DNA of 28,508 nt from Bacteroidales bacterium (GCA_007130555.1 SLSH01000305.1:1-28508); one strand, 5' to 3'. Counted from the first letter of the stretch, positions 15,073 through 25,523 are shown. Made by a program: numbers and translations. Notes: generated by a model not told the origin, from the sequence alone.

Positions 15073-17838
15073 ATGAAACGGATTATTATCATTATATTGA
15101 TATGTATAATTGCAGCAGGCATAGTTTTTTCATTTTTTCATTTTTTCAAACCCAAACAAATACATATAAGTGAGTCTTTAAGAGCTGTTCCGACAAATTC
15201 TTCCTTGCTGATTGAAATTAATGATTTTAACGAATTTTTTAAAAAACTTTCGGAAAATAATATTTATAATGAACTTTCAGGTATTAAAGAATTAAACACC
15301 GAACGGTCGTTAATGCATTACATTAACAGGTTATCAGAAGAGCAAAACGAATTTAAAAAACTCAGTTCAAATTCTTCGGTTTTGGTTTCTTTTCATATTC
15401 TGGGAAGAGATAAAATCAAGCAATTAGTTATATTATCAATTCCGATTGAAGATAATGAAAAAACTATTATACAAAACCTCATAAAATACTATGAAGATAT
15501 TGCAGAAATAAAATTCCGTCAATATGATAATTCGACAATTTACGAAGTTTCGCTTAAGGAGTTGTCAGAAAGTTTTTATTTTACTGCTTTTAAGGGACTT
15601 TTTATTTGCAGTCGTTCTCCTTTACTTGTCGAAAGTTCGGTAAGACAACTTGAATCCGACTCGTATATTACAAATATCCCTGAATTTAATACTGTTTATC
15701 AAACAGCAGGAAAAAATGAACTTGCAAATATTTATATAAATAAAAATAATTTTTCCGAAATTGTTAAGGTATTTTTGGATAATAAATTTCATTCGGGGAT
15801 TGCCGGATTTGAGCATTTTGGAACATGGACGGAATTAGACCTTAGTATTGGTAAGGATATTATTTATCTTAACGGATTTTCTGCGGTTTCGGATACTGTA
15901 ATCACTTTTTTGGATGTGCTTGAAACACAATCTCCGACTAGCATGAATGTTACAAGAATTTTACCGGACGGTACGGGGATGTATTTATTTGTTGCTATTA
16001 ATAATATTGTCAGATACGACCAGTTTTTATCTAGATATTTAAATTTAACAAACAGGGGAAAAACAAGGGATGAAAAGATTTCAGAAATTAACAGACAAAC
16101 TAATGTAGATATTAAAAAAGTGTTTTATCCTTTAATAAATAATGAAATATGTCTGGCAGTTACAAATGTAAATATTCTGGATATTTTTCAGAACTCGTTT
16201 ATTATTATGGGAATTAAAAGCAGAAGTCATGCTGAGAATGAAGTAAACAATATGCTGAAACTGGCATCAAAAAAACTAAACACTTCGTATTATGATTATA
16301 TAGATGAAATTAATATTGACGAATCCAGTTCTATAAAAATATATTCACTTCCTTTCAATAATACGGGCGAACTTCTTTTTGGTCCGTATTTCAGCATTTG
16401 TTCTGCAAAGTATTTGACACTTTATGATAATTTCCTGATTTTTGCAAATTCAAAAGAAGCATTATACAGATTAGTACATGATGCAATTCTGAACAGAACT
16501 TTGAGTACAAGCATAGGACATAATAAATTCCTGAATCAATTTTCCAACAGAGCCAATATGTTCTTTTATTTTTCAACTCACGTAAGTCTGGGAATTTTAC
16601 AAAATTATCTTAAAGATAATCATAGTAGATTTATAGTTGCAAATACGGATAATTTCAATAATATAGGTTCAATTGGTTATCAGGTAACCAAAAGCCAGAA
16701 TATGATGTATAATAATTTGGTGATAAAACATCTGGAAGATGTTTCCGAAAGACCTCAGACAGCATGGGAAAGCCGTCTTGATACCAATATAAATATGAAA
16801 CCTGCCATTGTAATAAATCATAATAATAATACAAGAGAAATAATAGTACAAGACCTGAACAATAATCTGTATTTATTAAGTAACAGCGGAAGGGAAATAT
16901 GGAAAATTCAACTTGATGAACCTATCACAAGTAACATATATCAGGTGGATTATTATAATAACAACAGACTTCAGTATTTATTTTCGACCAAATCAAAAAT
17001 TCATTTAATAGACAGATTAGGAAATTATGTTGAAAGATATCCGATAACTCTTAGAGCAGAAAGCACAGCTCCGCTGACTTTATTCGATTACAACAACGAT
17101 AAAAATTATAGATTTTTTATCCCTTGTAAAGACAATAAAGTATATTTATATGATATTGAAGGAAATATAATTAAAGGTTGGAAATTTGATAAAACCGAAA
17201 ATATCGTTACAAATGAAGTCTCTTTTTACAGATTCCGTAATAAAGACTTTATTGTTTTTAATGATAAATATAAAGCCTATATTATGTCGAGAAGAGGAGA
17301 GGAGAAAATAAAAGTTAAAACTAATTTTAATTTTTCACGGAATAATAAAATATGGTTTGACAATTTTGGTACAAATTTCAGATTTATTACAACCAACACA
17401 AACGGCACGATAAAGATTATAAACAATAAAGGAGATGTTGATTCAATAAAAATTAAAGAATTCAGCGAAAATCATTATTTTGCTTTGTCGGATATGAACA
17501 GAAACGGCACAAACGACTTTGTTTTTCTGGATAATAATAAGTTAGAAGTTTATACAAAAAACAAAAAATTATTATTTGAATTTGTTTTTCCGGATAATCC
17601 TCAATCCGAACCTTCTTTTTATTATTTCCCGGGCAACCAAATTAAACTTGGAGTCGTCTGTAAATCGTCCGGTAAAATTTATCTGATTAATCATGATGGT
17701 TCTTTATTTAATGGATTTCCATTACAGGGATTAACACAATTTAGTATTGGATATTTAAGCTCTTCAACTAATAAATTTAATTTAATTGTTGGAGGACCCG
17801 AAAATTTATTGTATAATTACGAAGTAAATGAAAATTGA
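15073..17838 (+). CDS. Membrane-anchored DUF3352-like protein with C-terminal beta-propeller (921 aa)
   Basis: N-terminal TM, RAVPTNSSLLIE start and an alpha/beta middle region. The C-terminal third has propeller blades (LYLLSNSGREIWK, IHLIDRLGNYVERYP, YLYDIEGNIIKGW, DMNRNGTNDFVF, YLINHDGSLFNGFP). Confidence 0.7.
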   Translation: MKRIIIIILICIIAAGIVFSFFHFFKPKQIHISESLRAVPTNSSLLIEINDFNEFFKKLSENNIYNELSGIKELNTERSLMHYINRLSEEQNEFKKLSSNSSVLVSFHILGRDKIKQLVILSIPIEDNEKTIIQNLIKYYEDIAEIKFRQYDNSTIYEVSLKELSESFYFTAFKGLFICSRSPLLVESSVRQLESDSYITNIPEFNTVYQTAGKNELANIYINKNNFSEIVKVFLDNKFHSGIAGFEHFGTWTELDLSIGKDIIYLNGFSAVSDTVITFLDVLETQSPTSMNVTRILPDGTGMYLFVAINNIVRYDQFLSRYLNLTNRGKTRDEKISEINRQTNVDIKKVFYPLINNEICLAVTNVNILDIFQNSFIIMGIKSRSHAENEVNNMLKLASKKLNTSYYDYIDEINIDESSSIKIYSLPFNNTGELLFGPYFSICSAKYLTLYDNFLIFANSKEALYRLVHDAILNRTLSTSIGHNKFLNQFSNRANMFFYFSTHVSLGILQNYLKDNHSRFIVANTDNFNNIGSIGYQVTKSQNMMYNNLVIKHLEDVSERPQTAWESRLDTNINMKPAIVINHNNNTREIIVQDLNNNLYLLSNSGREIWKIQLDEPITSNIYQVDYYNNNRLQYLFSTKSKIHLIDRLGNYVERYPITLRAESTAPLTLFDYNNDKNYRFFIPCKDNKVYLYDIEGNIIKGWKFDKTENIVTNEVSFYRFRNKDFIVFNDKYKAYIMSRRGEEKIKVKTNFNFSRNNKIWFDNFGTNFRFITTNTNGTIKIINNKGDVDSIKIKEFSENHYFALSDMNRNGTNDFVFLDNNKLEVYTKNKKLLFEFVFPDNPQSEPSFYYFPGNQIKLGVVCKSSGKIYLINHDGSLFNGFPLQGLTQFSIGYLSSSTNKFNLIVGGPENLLYNYEVNEN

Positions 17839-17839
17839 T

Positions 17840-19504
17840 ATGAAACAAAAAACAATTTTATTCAGCTTAATAACAATGGTATTTTTAATAAATGCCTGTG
17901 TTAAAGATAATTTTAATTTTGACAAATGGGACAAAGAAATTGATTATAATGCAGGATTTGCATTCCCTGTATTATATGGAAATATTGGATTTGCCGATGT
18001 TGTAGAAAAATATGATAAAAACGCGATAATGATGGTAGATGAAGATGGACTTGTCTCGATTGTTTATAATAAAGTGGTTCGTTCCAAAGACCCCCATGAA
18101 ATTATTTATTTGCCCAACCAGCATACCAGCAGGACTATTGAAGGGCTTAACTTTAATTTTGCGGGATTTGACAGCCCGGGAGATTCGGTCAGTTATTCTT
18201 ATACAAAACATTATGAGTTTGATGTTTTTAATGATGATGCCGAATTAACATCCATATCATTAAAATCGGGGACCTTAAATATTTCCGCTCAATCAAATTT
18301 TTATCATACGGCAAGATTATATTTAACTTTTCCAAGCATAACTAAAAATGGAGTCCCCTATTCCTGTATAATAACTTTTGCTTATATAGGAGATGTTTCA
18401 AATATAAATATTGATTTCACAGGCTATACGATAGATATGACTCAAACTCCTCAGGGGTTTAATGAAATTCCTATTGATATAACCGCAACTCTTTATTATT
18501 CGGGATACGACGATCATTCGGGTGATGTTGATTTTTCAGTTGATTTAAATAATATGCAATACGAGTATGTAAGAGGATATTTTGGCACAAATACATTAAT
18601 ATATGAAAGCGGAAAAATAGAAATCACAATGTTCCAAAGTGATGAAGTTACAATAGAAGATTATTATTTTAAAGACCCGAAATTTAAAGTTCTTTACAAT
18701 AACTCATACGGAATTCCTACCTCGTTTTATTTTACGGAATTACTCCTCAATTCTTCTATAGACGAACAAGATTATAATATTACACACTACGAAGGAGGAT
18801 TACCTATGGATAGCTTAAATCCTTATCACGTTTCTTATGCATCAACGATTTGGACAACTGTTACAGATTCTCTTAAAGTCAGTAAAGAAAATTCAAATAT
18901 CGCCGAAATAATAGATTTAAAACCACAATGGGTACAGTTTATTGCTCATGCATATACAAATCCCGTAGGAATTACTCATAATAATTTTATTACTGACGAA
19001 TCTCTTCTTGAAGCCGATGTGCTGATAGAACTTCCTTTATGGGGATATTTATATAATTTCAGAAATCTTGATACGGTAGAATTTAAAATGACAGATGCTT
19101 ATGACTATGATAGTTGGACTCCTAATACAAGAGTTGCGGCAAGAGTATTTATCAGAAACGGATTGCCAATTGAGGTTTTCGCAAAAATTATGTTTGTGGA
19201 CGGAAACTACAATTTACTGGATAATCTTTTCCTTACAGAAGAAGAAGAAATTATTAAATCGGCAGTTGTTGACGGGAACGGAAGAGTTATCAACTTTGGC
19301 GAAAAAGCATTTACAATAGAATTAGATAAAAACCGATTGGAAAAAATTAAAAATACTAAACACGTTATCTTTAGCGGACGCGGAAGTTCAACCGAAGCCG
19401 CTAATCAGGATATAGTTAGAATATATGATGATTACAGAATCCTTTTTGATATCGGCTTTGAAATTGATATTGATGATACAATTTATTTGGATTCGATTAA
19501 TTAA
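17840..19504 (+). CDS. Beta-rich outer-membrane lipoprotein of unknown function
   Basis: The ATG at 17840 follows the upstream TGA (17836-17838) and is preferred over 17828. Signal MKQKTILFSLITMVFLINAC, then VKDNFNFD, an acidic/aromatic motif typical of surface-exported Bacteroidota lipoproteins. Beta-strand-rich and acidic. Confidence 0.75.
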   Translation: MKQKTILFSLITMVFLINACVKDNFNFDKWDKEIDYNAGFAFPVLYGNIGFADVVEKYDKNAIMMVDEDGLVSIVYNKVVRSKDPHEIIYLPNQHTSRTIEGLNFNFAGFDSPGDSVSYSYTKHYEFDVFNDDAELTSISLKSGTLNISAQSNFYHTARLYLTFPSITKNGVPYSCIITFAYIGDVSNINIDFTGYTIDMTQTPQGFNEIPIDITATLYYSGYDDHSGDVDFSVDLNNMQYEYVRGYFGTNTLIYESGKIEITMFQSDEVTIEDYYFKDPKFKVLYNNSYGIPTSFYFTELLLNSSIDEQDYNITHYEGGLPMDSLNPYHVSYASTIWTTVTDSLKVSKENSNIAEIIDLKPQWVQFIAHAYTNPVGITHNNFITDESLLEADVLIELPLWGYLYNFRNLDTVEFKMTDAYDYDSWTPNTRVAARVFIRNGLPIEVFAKIMFVDGNYNLLDNLFLTEEEEIIKSAVVDGNGRVINFGEKAFTIELDKNRLEKIKNTKHVIFSGRGSSTEAANQDIVRIYDDYRILFDIGFEIDIDDTIYLDSIN

Positions 19505-19518
19505 AAAATTTTACTGAA

Positions 19519-20946
19519 ATGAAAAAAATAATCGTTTTAATAATTACAATATTTGTGTTTGTAAACACTAACTTTGCACAACAGGGATTAACCCTTTTTT
19601 ATATGGACAGAGTTCTGCAAAGCCAATGGGTAAATCCGGCTTCGGATGTAAAATATAGAATTCATATCGGAGGAGTTCTTGTTCCCGCATTTGGACAAGT
19701 TCCACCCCCTTTGTATTTTAATTATGCAAATAATTCATTTTATTATAACCATTTATTTCACATGGGTACTGGAGATAAATCGGATAATCTGGTTATGGAC
19801 ATTCCGAAATTTATGAACAGCCTCAGAAAAACCACGCATATAAGACTTGACGCACAGATAGAACTGTTAAATATAGGCATACAACTTGAAAACCATTTTT
19901 TCAGCTTTGCTATTACAGAAAAAATAAAATACGGACTTTCTCTCCCTTATGATTTTTTTGAATTTATTGCACATGGTAATAAACCATATATGCTTGAAGA
20001 TAAGCCCCTGGATTTCAGCAAATTAAACTCTAACTTCTCTCATTACAGAGAATATGCTTTTGGAATATATACAAAAGACATAATTGAGAACTTAAATGTC
20101 GGAGGTCGTGTTAAAGTACTTTTTGGTCAGGCAAACACAACAACAGATGTTAACACTTTTTCTCTTTATACCAACCCCGACACCTATCACATGACAATGA
20201 CAACAGATTTGGCATTAAGAAGTTCTATGCCATTTTATTATGATTATGAAGTGTTTACTGACAGTGTTAATTTTGATATAAATAAGTCTTCATTAGATAA
20301 CATTACTCCCGGTAATTATTTATTTAATATGCGGAATGTCGGTTTTGCATTCGATATAGGAGGCTGTTACAAATTAAATAATGAGATTGATTTATATATT
20401 AGTGCAACTGATTTAGGCTTAATAACATGGAACACCAACCCTCAAAGTTTTGTCAGTAAAGGAGAATTCACTTACAAAGGCGTTGAACTGGATATTTTTA
20501 ATTTTGATGAAGATATAGACCTTCACGAAACAGTAATTGATTCTATAAATGAAACTTTCAGATTTGAATTACAGGAACATAATTATTTCACATGGTTACC
20601 CTCAAGCGTGTATTTAGGGGGGATGTATAAATTTCATCCATTGTTACATATCGGAGCTTTGTTCAGAGCCGAATTCTACCAAAAAACACTTTTGCCGGCT
20701 TTTACTCTTTCGGCTAATTCAAACCTGAATAATTGGGCTACTGCACATGTCAGCTATACAATTGCAAATAACTATTTTGGAAACTTAGGAGTAGGAGCAA
20801 CCGCAAAATTAGGATTTGTAAATTGGTATATTGTTACAGATAATATTATTGGAATTATTTTTCCGCAAAAAGCTAAAAACTTAAATATAAGAATGGGTTG
20901 TAATTTAGTATTCGGAAAAGAAAAAGCGTCTGCACCGCTTCTTTGA
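19519..20946 (+). CDS. DUF5723-like outer-membrane beta-barrel protein
   Basis: Signal ending NFA-QQ, early NPA motif, alternating amphipathic strands (VGGRVKVLFG, GFAFDIGGCY, ISATDLGLITW, NLGVGATAKLG) and terminal NIRMGCNLVFG. Confidence 0.75.
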   Translation: MKKIIVLIITIFVFVNTNFAQQGLTLFYMDRVLQSQWVNPASDVKYRIHIGGVLVPAFGQVPPPLYFNYANNSFYYNHLFHMGTGDKSDNLVMDIPKFMNSLRKTTHIRLDAQIELLNIGIQLENHFFSFAITEKIKYGLSLPYDFFEFIAHGNKPYMLEDKPLDFSKLNSNFSHYREYAFGIYTKDIIENLNVGGRVKVLFGQANTTTDVNTFSLYTNPDTYHMTMTTDLALRSSMPFYYDYEVFTDSVNFDINKSSLDNITPGNYLFNMRNVGFAFDIGGCYKLNNEIDLYISATDLGLITWNTNPQSFVSKGEFTYKGVELDIFNFDEDIDLHETVIDSINETFRFELQEHNYFTWLPSSVYLGGMYKFHPLLHIGALFRAEFYQKTLLPAFTLSANSNLNNWATAHVSYTIANNYFGNLGVGATAKLGFVNWYIVTDNIIGIIFPQKAKNLNIRMGCNLVFGKEKASAPLL

Positions 20947-20993
20947 TTAAATTACCTTTATTCTGTTTGAAATAATCCTTAATATACACAAAA

Positions 20994-21878
20994 GTGATAG
21001 AAGGAATAAAAAAATACCAAAAATCAACTCAAATTGATTATAAATTCAGTGTTTTAATTCCGACCTGGAATAATATTGATTATTTAAAAAATTGTATAAA
21101 CAGTATCCTTAAAAATTCGCATTTTAAAATACAAATCATCGTAATTGTAAACGAAGGGCATGACGAAACCATTGAATGGATTACTAATATAAATGAAATA
21201 GATTATATCCATTCAAAAAACAATATTGGAATTTGTTACGGGTTAAATATTGCAAGGTCGCTCGTAAAATCAGAATATATTGTTTATGTAAACGATGATA
21301 TGTATTTATTGCCAAACTGGGATTTGGAATTATATAAAGAAATCGAAAATATCGGCAATAATAATTTTATGCTGTCATGTACTATGATAGAACCTGAGGA
21401 TACAGGAAACCCGTGTGTTATAGTTAAAAATTACGGAAAAAATATCAGGGAATTTAACGAAGAACTTCTGCTGAAAGAATATTCCGGATTATTTATTAAG
21501 GATTGGTCGGGAAGTACATGGCCCCCTGTTGTAGTACATATTGATTTGTGGGATTTGGTCGGAGGATTAAGCGTCGAATTTAGTCCGGGAATGTATTCGG
21601 ACCCCGACTTTTCAAAAAAACTTTTTGACGCAGGTGTCAGAAAGTTTAAAGGGAAAGGAAACTGCCTGGCTTATCATTTCGGTTCAAAATCCACAAAACG
21701 AATAAAAAAAAATAAAGGGAAAAAAACTTTTTTGTTAAAATGGGGGATTACTTCTAAAACATTTACAAAAGAATATCTTAAGTTAGGAAAAGAATTTTGC
21801 AGTAATACGGCAATTACTGAATTAAATAAAAAGAATATTATCATTAATAAAATCAAACGAGTTATTAACAGTTTATAA
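20994..21878 (+). CDS. Family 2 glycosyltransferase
   Basis: FSVLIPTWNN..YLK.CI.SI, NIGICYGLN, YIVYVNDD (DxD-like), YSDPDF, YHFGSKS. GTG start. Confidence 0.9.
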   Translation: MIEGIKKYQKSTQIDYKFSVLIPTWNNIDYLKNCINSILKNSHFKIQIIVIVNEGHDETIEWITNINEIDYIHSKNNIGICYGLNIARSLVKSEYIVYVNDDMYLLPNWDLELYKEIENIGNNNFMLSCTMIEPEDTGNPCVIVKNYGKNIREFNEELLLKEYSGLFIKDWSGSTWPPVVVHIDLWDLVGGLSVEFSPGMYSDPDFSKKLFDAGVRKFKGKGNCLAYHFGSKSTKRIKKNKGKKTFLLKWGITSKTFTKEYLKLGKEFCSNTAITELNKKNIIINKIKRVINSL

Positions 21879-21937
21879 TATTTATATAAGTTTTTGTGTT
21901 CAATAAAAAACTATATTACTAAATTTTAATTTAAAAA

Positions 21938-23527
21938 TTGAAAAATAAAATCCATAATAATATACATTTGTTTGCATTATGCTTACTGGTTTTATGTATA
22001 TCCGTTTCCGAATATGTTACGAGTATAAGTATTTGGATAATGCTCACAAACTGGATTTTTCATTTTAACTATAAAGAAAAATGGGAACTGCTTAAAAAAA
22101 ATAAAACTGTTTTTATTTTTCTGTTATTGTTTCTAACCCATGTCGTTTGGCTCTTAAACACATCAAATTTTTCTTATGCACTAAACGACCTCAGAATTAA
22201 AATCCCATTATTGGCTTTCCCTGTTATTATCGGAAGTACAAAGCCAATATCTTTTAATAATCTTGTAATTGTAATTAAATTTTTTGTACTGGGACTATTG
22301 ATAAGTACAGTATCAGGCTTATTTGCATATTATAAAATTATAAGTATTGATAATATTGATAACTTCAGAAATATTTCAATTTATATAAGTCATATCAGAC
22401 TTTCATTAATGCTTTGTCTGGTTATTTTTATTCTTGCATATTTTATTTATAAAAAAATTCTGACAAAAAAATACGAAATTTTTATCTCAATCCTGATTTT
22501 ATGCTGGTTTATCATTTTTATGCTTATGATTCAGGCAATTACAGGATTTGTAATCCTGTTATTAATAAGCTTTGGACTGATATTTATTATAGTAATCAAA
22601 GAAAAAATTATTATACGGAAACTTGTATATTTTAGTATTCTAGTTTTTATTCCCCTTTCCATATTATTATATTTATTGTATTTTATTAATGATTTTTATA
22701 CTCCTACACAGACAGGACAAGGTGAAAGTATTTATACCGCAAAAAATAATCTGTATTCTAATAATTTTGAGAATAAACTTATAGAAAACGGGAATTATAT
22801 ATACAGAGATATTTGCGAAGAAGAACTATATGAAACATGGCAGACAAGAAGTTCAATTTGTCTGGATTCACTAAATAACAGCAATAATAAAATGTTTCAT
22901 GTTTTATTGAGGTATATGGCATCAAAAGGGTTAAAAAAGGATGCCGAAGGAATAATGCAACTTGCCGATAAAGATATCCGGGCAATTGAATCAGGGGCTA
23001 CAAATTATCGGTTTAATAATAATTCCTTTATAAATAATATTAATAAAAGATTATACAGCATAATTTGGCAGATAGATGTTTACAGAAAAGGAGGAAATCC
23101 CAGCGGACATTCTGTTACACAAAGACTCGAATTCCTTAAAGCCGGATTAAATATATTCGGGCAAAATTTTTGGCTTGGAACAGGCACAGGAGACCTTGAC
23201 GATGCTTATAAAAAATATTATCCGGAGTCAAATACGGAACTTAAACCGGAATTTTGGCACAGAGCTCATAATCAGTATTTGACATTGTTTATTACATTCG
23301 GGATTTTTGGTGCTATTATTTGTTTGATTGCAATATTTCTTCCTGTTTTTATGGAAAAAGCTATTAAGAATTATTATTTTATGATATTTTTTGCCATAGC
23401 ATTAATTTCGATGTTAAACGAAGATACTCTCGAAACAATGATAGGCGTTTTCTTTTTCTCATTTTTCTACTCTTTGTTTTTATGGGGATATAAAAATGAA
23501 AAAGCATCCGAACAAATTACAAATTAG
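21938..23527 (+). CDS. O-antigen ligase/polymerase-family membrane protein with large periplasmic loop
   Basis: About 10-12 hydrophobic segments, a soluble region of roughly 200 aa, then QRLEFLKAG...WLGTGTG...RAHNQYL..FITFGIFG, the Wzy_C/WaaL signature. TTG start. Confidence 0.85.
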   Translation: MKNKIHNNIHLFALCLLVLCISVSEYVTSISIWIMLTNWIFHFNYKEKWELLKKNKTVFIFLLLFLTHVVWLLNTSNFSYALNDLRIKIPLLAFPVIIGSTKPISFNNLVIVIKFFVLGLLISTVSGLFAYYKIISIDNIDNFRNISIYISHIRLSLMLCLVIFILAYFIYKKILTKKYEIFISILILCWFIIFMLMIQAITGFVILLLISFGLIFIIVIKEKIIIRKLVYFSILVFIPLSILLYLLYFINDFYTPTQTGQGESIYTAKNNLYSNNFENKLIENGNYIYRDICEEELYETWQTRSSICLDSLNNSNNKMFHVLLRYMASKGLKKDAEGIMQLADKDIRAIESGATNYRFNNNSFINNINKRLYSIIWQIDVYRKGGNPSGHSVTQRLEFLKAGLNIFGQNFWLGTGTGDLDDAYKKYYPESNTELKPEFWHRAHNQYLTLFITFGIFGAIICLIAIFLPVFMEKAIKNYYFMIFFAIALISMLNEDTLETMIGVFFFSFFYSLFLWGYKNEKASEQITN

Positions 23528-23542
23528 TAATAAATATTAATT

Positions 23543-24016
23543 ATGGAAAATCCACAGGAAAAATTTATGAAACGTGCAATACGCTTATCAATCGAAAATA
23601 TTGAAAAAGGCGGAGGACCTTTCGGGGCTGTAATTGTAAAAAACGGAGAAATAATTGCCGAATCCGCAAATTCCGTTGCCATTGATAACGACCCTACTGC
23701 ACATGCCGAAATAAATGCAATCAGAATTGCAGCAAAAAAATTGCAAACTTTCGACCTTAGCGGTTGTGAAATTTATTCTTCCTGCGAACCATGTCCGATG
23801 TGCCTCGGAGCAATTTATTGGGCAAAAATTGATAAATTATATTACGGAAATACAAAAAGTGATGCCGATAAAATAGGATTTAGCGATAATTTTATTTACG
23901 AAGAATTTGAAAAAAATATTACTCAGAGAAACCTCAAAACCGAACAAATCCTGAAAAACGAAGCTATAGAAGCTTTTAAAAAATGGGAAAAATACGAGGA
24001 TAAAATTGAATATTAA
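23543..24016 (+). CDS. guaD: Guanine deaminase (cytidine-deaminase fold, B. subtilis GuaD type)
   Basis: GPFGAVIV, DPTAHAEINAIR, SCEPCPMCLGAIYWA (HxE...PCxxC Zn site), GFSDNFIYEE, and a C-terminal Tyr as in GuaD. Confidence 0.85.
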   Translation: MENPQEKFMKRAIRLSIENIEKGGGPFGAVIVKNGEIIAESANSVAIDNDPTAHAEINAIRIAAKKLQTFDLSGCEIYSSCEPCPMCLGAIYWAKIDKLYYGNTKSDADKIGFSDNFIYEEFEKNITQRNLKTEQILKNEAIEAFKKWEKYEDKIEY

Positions 24017-24022
24017 TTAACA

Positions 24023-24541
24023 ATGAAAAAATTAAATCCCGAATTTTACAGAAGAGATGTTCTTGAAGTTGCACCGGATTTGGCAGGTAAAATTATTGTA
24101 AGAACTTTTGATGACGGTACACAGGTAAAATTAAGAATTACCGAAACCGAAGCATACAGAGGAGAAGAAGACAAAGCCTGTCATGCTCATAAAGGACGTA
24201 CAAAAAGAACCGATGTTATGTACAGGCAGGGAGGAACAATTTATGTGTATTTAATTTATGGAATTCACTGGCTTTTAAATATTGTAACCGGTGGAGAAAA
24301 CAATCCGCAGGCAGTACTGATAAGATGTGTGGAAAATTATGACGGTCCCGGAAAACTTACAAAAGCACTGGGTATAGACAAAAGTTTTAATTACGAGAAA
24401 ATATATGATTCAGATAGAATACATATAGAACAAGATAATTATACTCCGGAGATTATAAATGCAAAAAGAGTCGGAATAGACTATGCCGGAAAAATATGGG
24501 CAAATAAATCCTGGAGATTTATTGATAAAAAGAAAAAATAA
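24023..24541 (+). CDS. 3-methyladenine DNA glycosylase (MPG/AAG family), short form
   Basis: ITETEAY (catalytic Glu), D.ACH, YVYLIYGIH..LNIV, AVLIR, GPGKLTKALGI, RVGI...WRF. Confidence 0.92.
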   Translation: MKKLNPEFYRRDVLEVAPDLAGKIIVRTFDDGTQVKLRITETEAYRGEEDKACHAHKGRTKRTDVMYRQGGTIYVYLIYGIHWLLNIVTGGENNPQAVLIRCVENYDGPGKLTKALGIDKSFNYEKIYDSDRIHIEQDNYTPEIINAKRVGIDYAGKIWANKSWRFIDKKKK

Positions 24542-24570
24542 TAAGCGTTTTATTTTGCTTCTCGGCACAA

Positions 24571-25404
24571 TTAATCTTTTATACAGCGGACGGAGAAACC
24601 TGATTGGTAATGAGGACCCCAAAAAAGTACATCAAAGCGTTTCAATTGATAAGAAAAATTTGATAATTTATATAGATAAGGATAACCATTAGATGTACTG
24701 GCATCTGTCGCTGACCACCAATACCCGGATTTATTTATCTCAACGAAATCTCCAAATCTTGCCCCACCGGGTAAGGCGTTGAAACCGCTACTGTTATTCT
24801 CTGACATATCATTACCAATAGCTCCTTCAGTTGTTGATGTCTCCCAATAAGACGTTGCTGCCAATGATTTTGCGATTTTATTATCTTCGTTTGTGCCGTC
24901 ATAATTATAGTTATTTGAAATCAAATAATTCTTTAATTGCAACCATTCAGCATCACTAGGTAAATGCCAATCTGTTGGACAAACTCCTTGTACGCCACTC
25001 GGATTTTCTTCACTGCTTTCTGCTCCATCCATTGCTGCAGGCCAGTTATAAAGTACTCCGTATATATTGTAATTTTCAGTGGCTTTTGCGGTTTCAACAT
25101 CATTAGCAGAATCTATATAGTCATATACGGTATATGATCCCCAGCTTTCAACCGAACCATGTACTTCGGGTAAATATTTTAAATTCTCTGCCATCCAGCA
25201 TTGCCCTCCGATTTGAACAGTAGAATAAACAGTACTGTCGCGAGAATCTGTAAAGTCGTCGCCACAAGTAAAATCTTCTCCATTACCTCCATTTTCAACC
25301 GGCGGCGTTGGTTTATCATCCTCTTTTTTGCAACGTGTACTTACTACAAGTAAAAATGATGCTAATAAAAGCATCCCATAAATAAAAAACTTTTTTGTAT
25401 TCAT
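24571..25404 (-). CDS. FISUMP (Fibrobacter succinogenes major paralogous) domain lipoprotein
   Basis: DSRDSTVYSTVQIGGQCWMAENLKY, YGVLYNWPAA, GVCPTDWHLPSDAEW, SGFNALPGG, WWSAT, GFSVRCIKD. Met at 25404 gives the signal peptide plus CKKEDD; the longer 25464 start adds an implausible leader. Confidence 0.9.
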   Translation of the reverse strand: MNTKKFFIYGMLLLASFLLVVSTRCKKEDDKPTPPVENGGNGEDFTCGDDFTDSRDSTVYSTVQIGGQCWMAENLKYLPEVHGSVESWGSYTVYDYIDSANDVETAKATENYNIYGVLYNWPAAMDGAESSEENPSGVQGVCPTDWHLPSDAEWLQLKNYLISNNYNYDGTNEDNKIAKSLAATSYWETSTTEGAIGNDMSENNSSGFNALPGGARFGDFVEINKSGYWWSATDASTSNGYPYLYKLSNFSYQLKRFDVLFWGPHYQSGFSVRCIKD

Positions 25405-25523
25405 AATTTTATTTTTTTTTCTCTTTTTATTGTACAATGCTCTGTCTTTGTATGTTTTTACCACTCGCCCGTATTTGCAATCGAGTGATTCTATATTAAT
25501 TCATTGTTTTATTAATTTCTTTT

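Noticed and set aside
25462-25487. CACTCG-N14-CGAGTG hairpin upstream of the FISUMP gene as a riboswitch or terminator
   Set aside because: A 6-bp stem with a long loop, no U-tract and no recognisable aptamer consensus.
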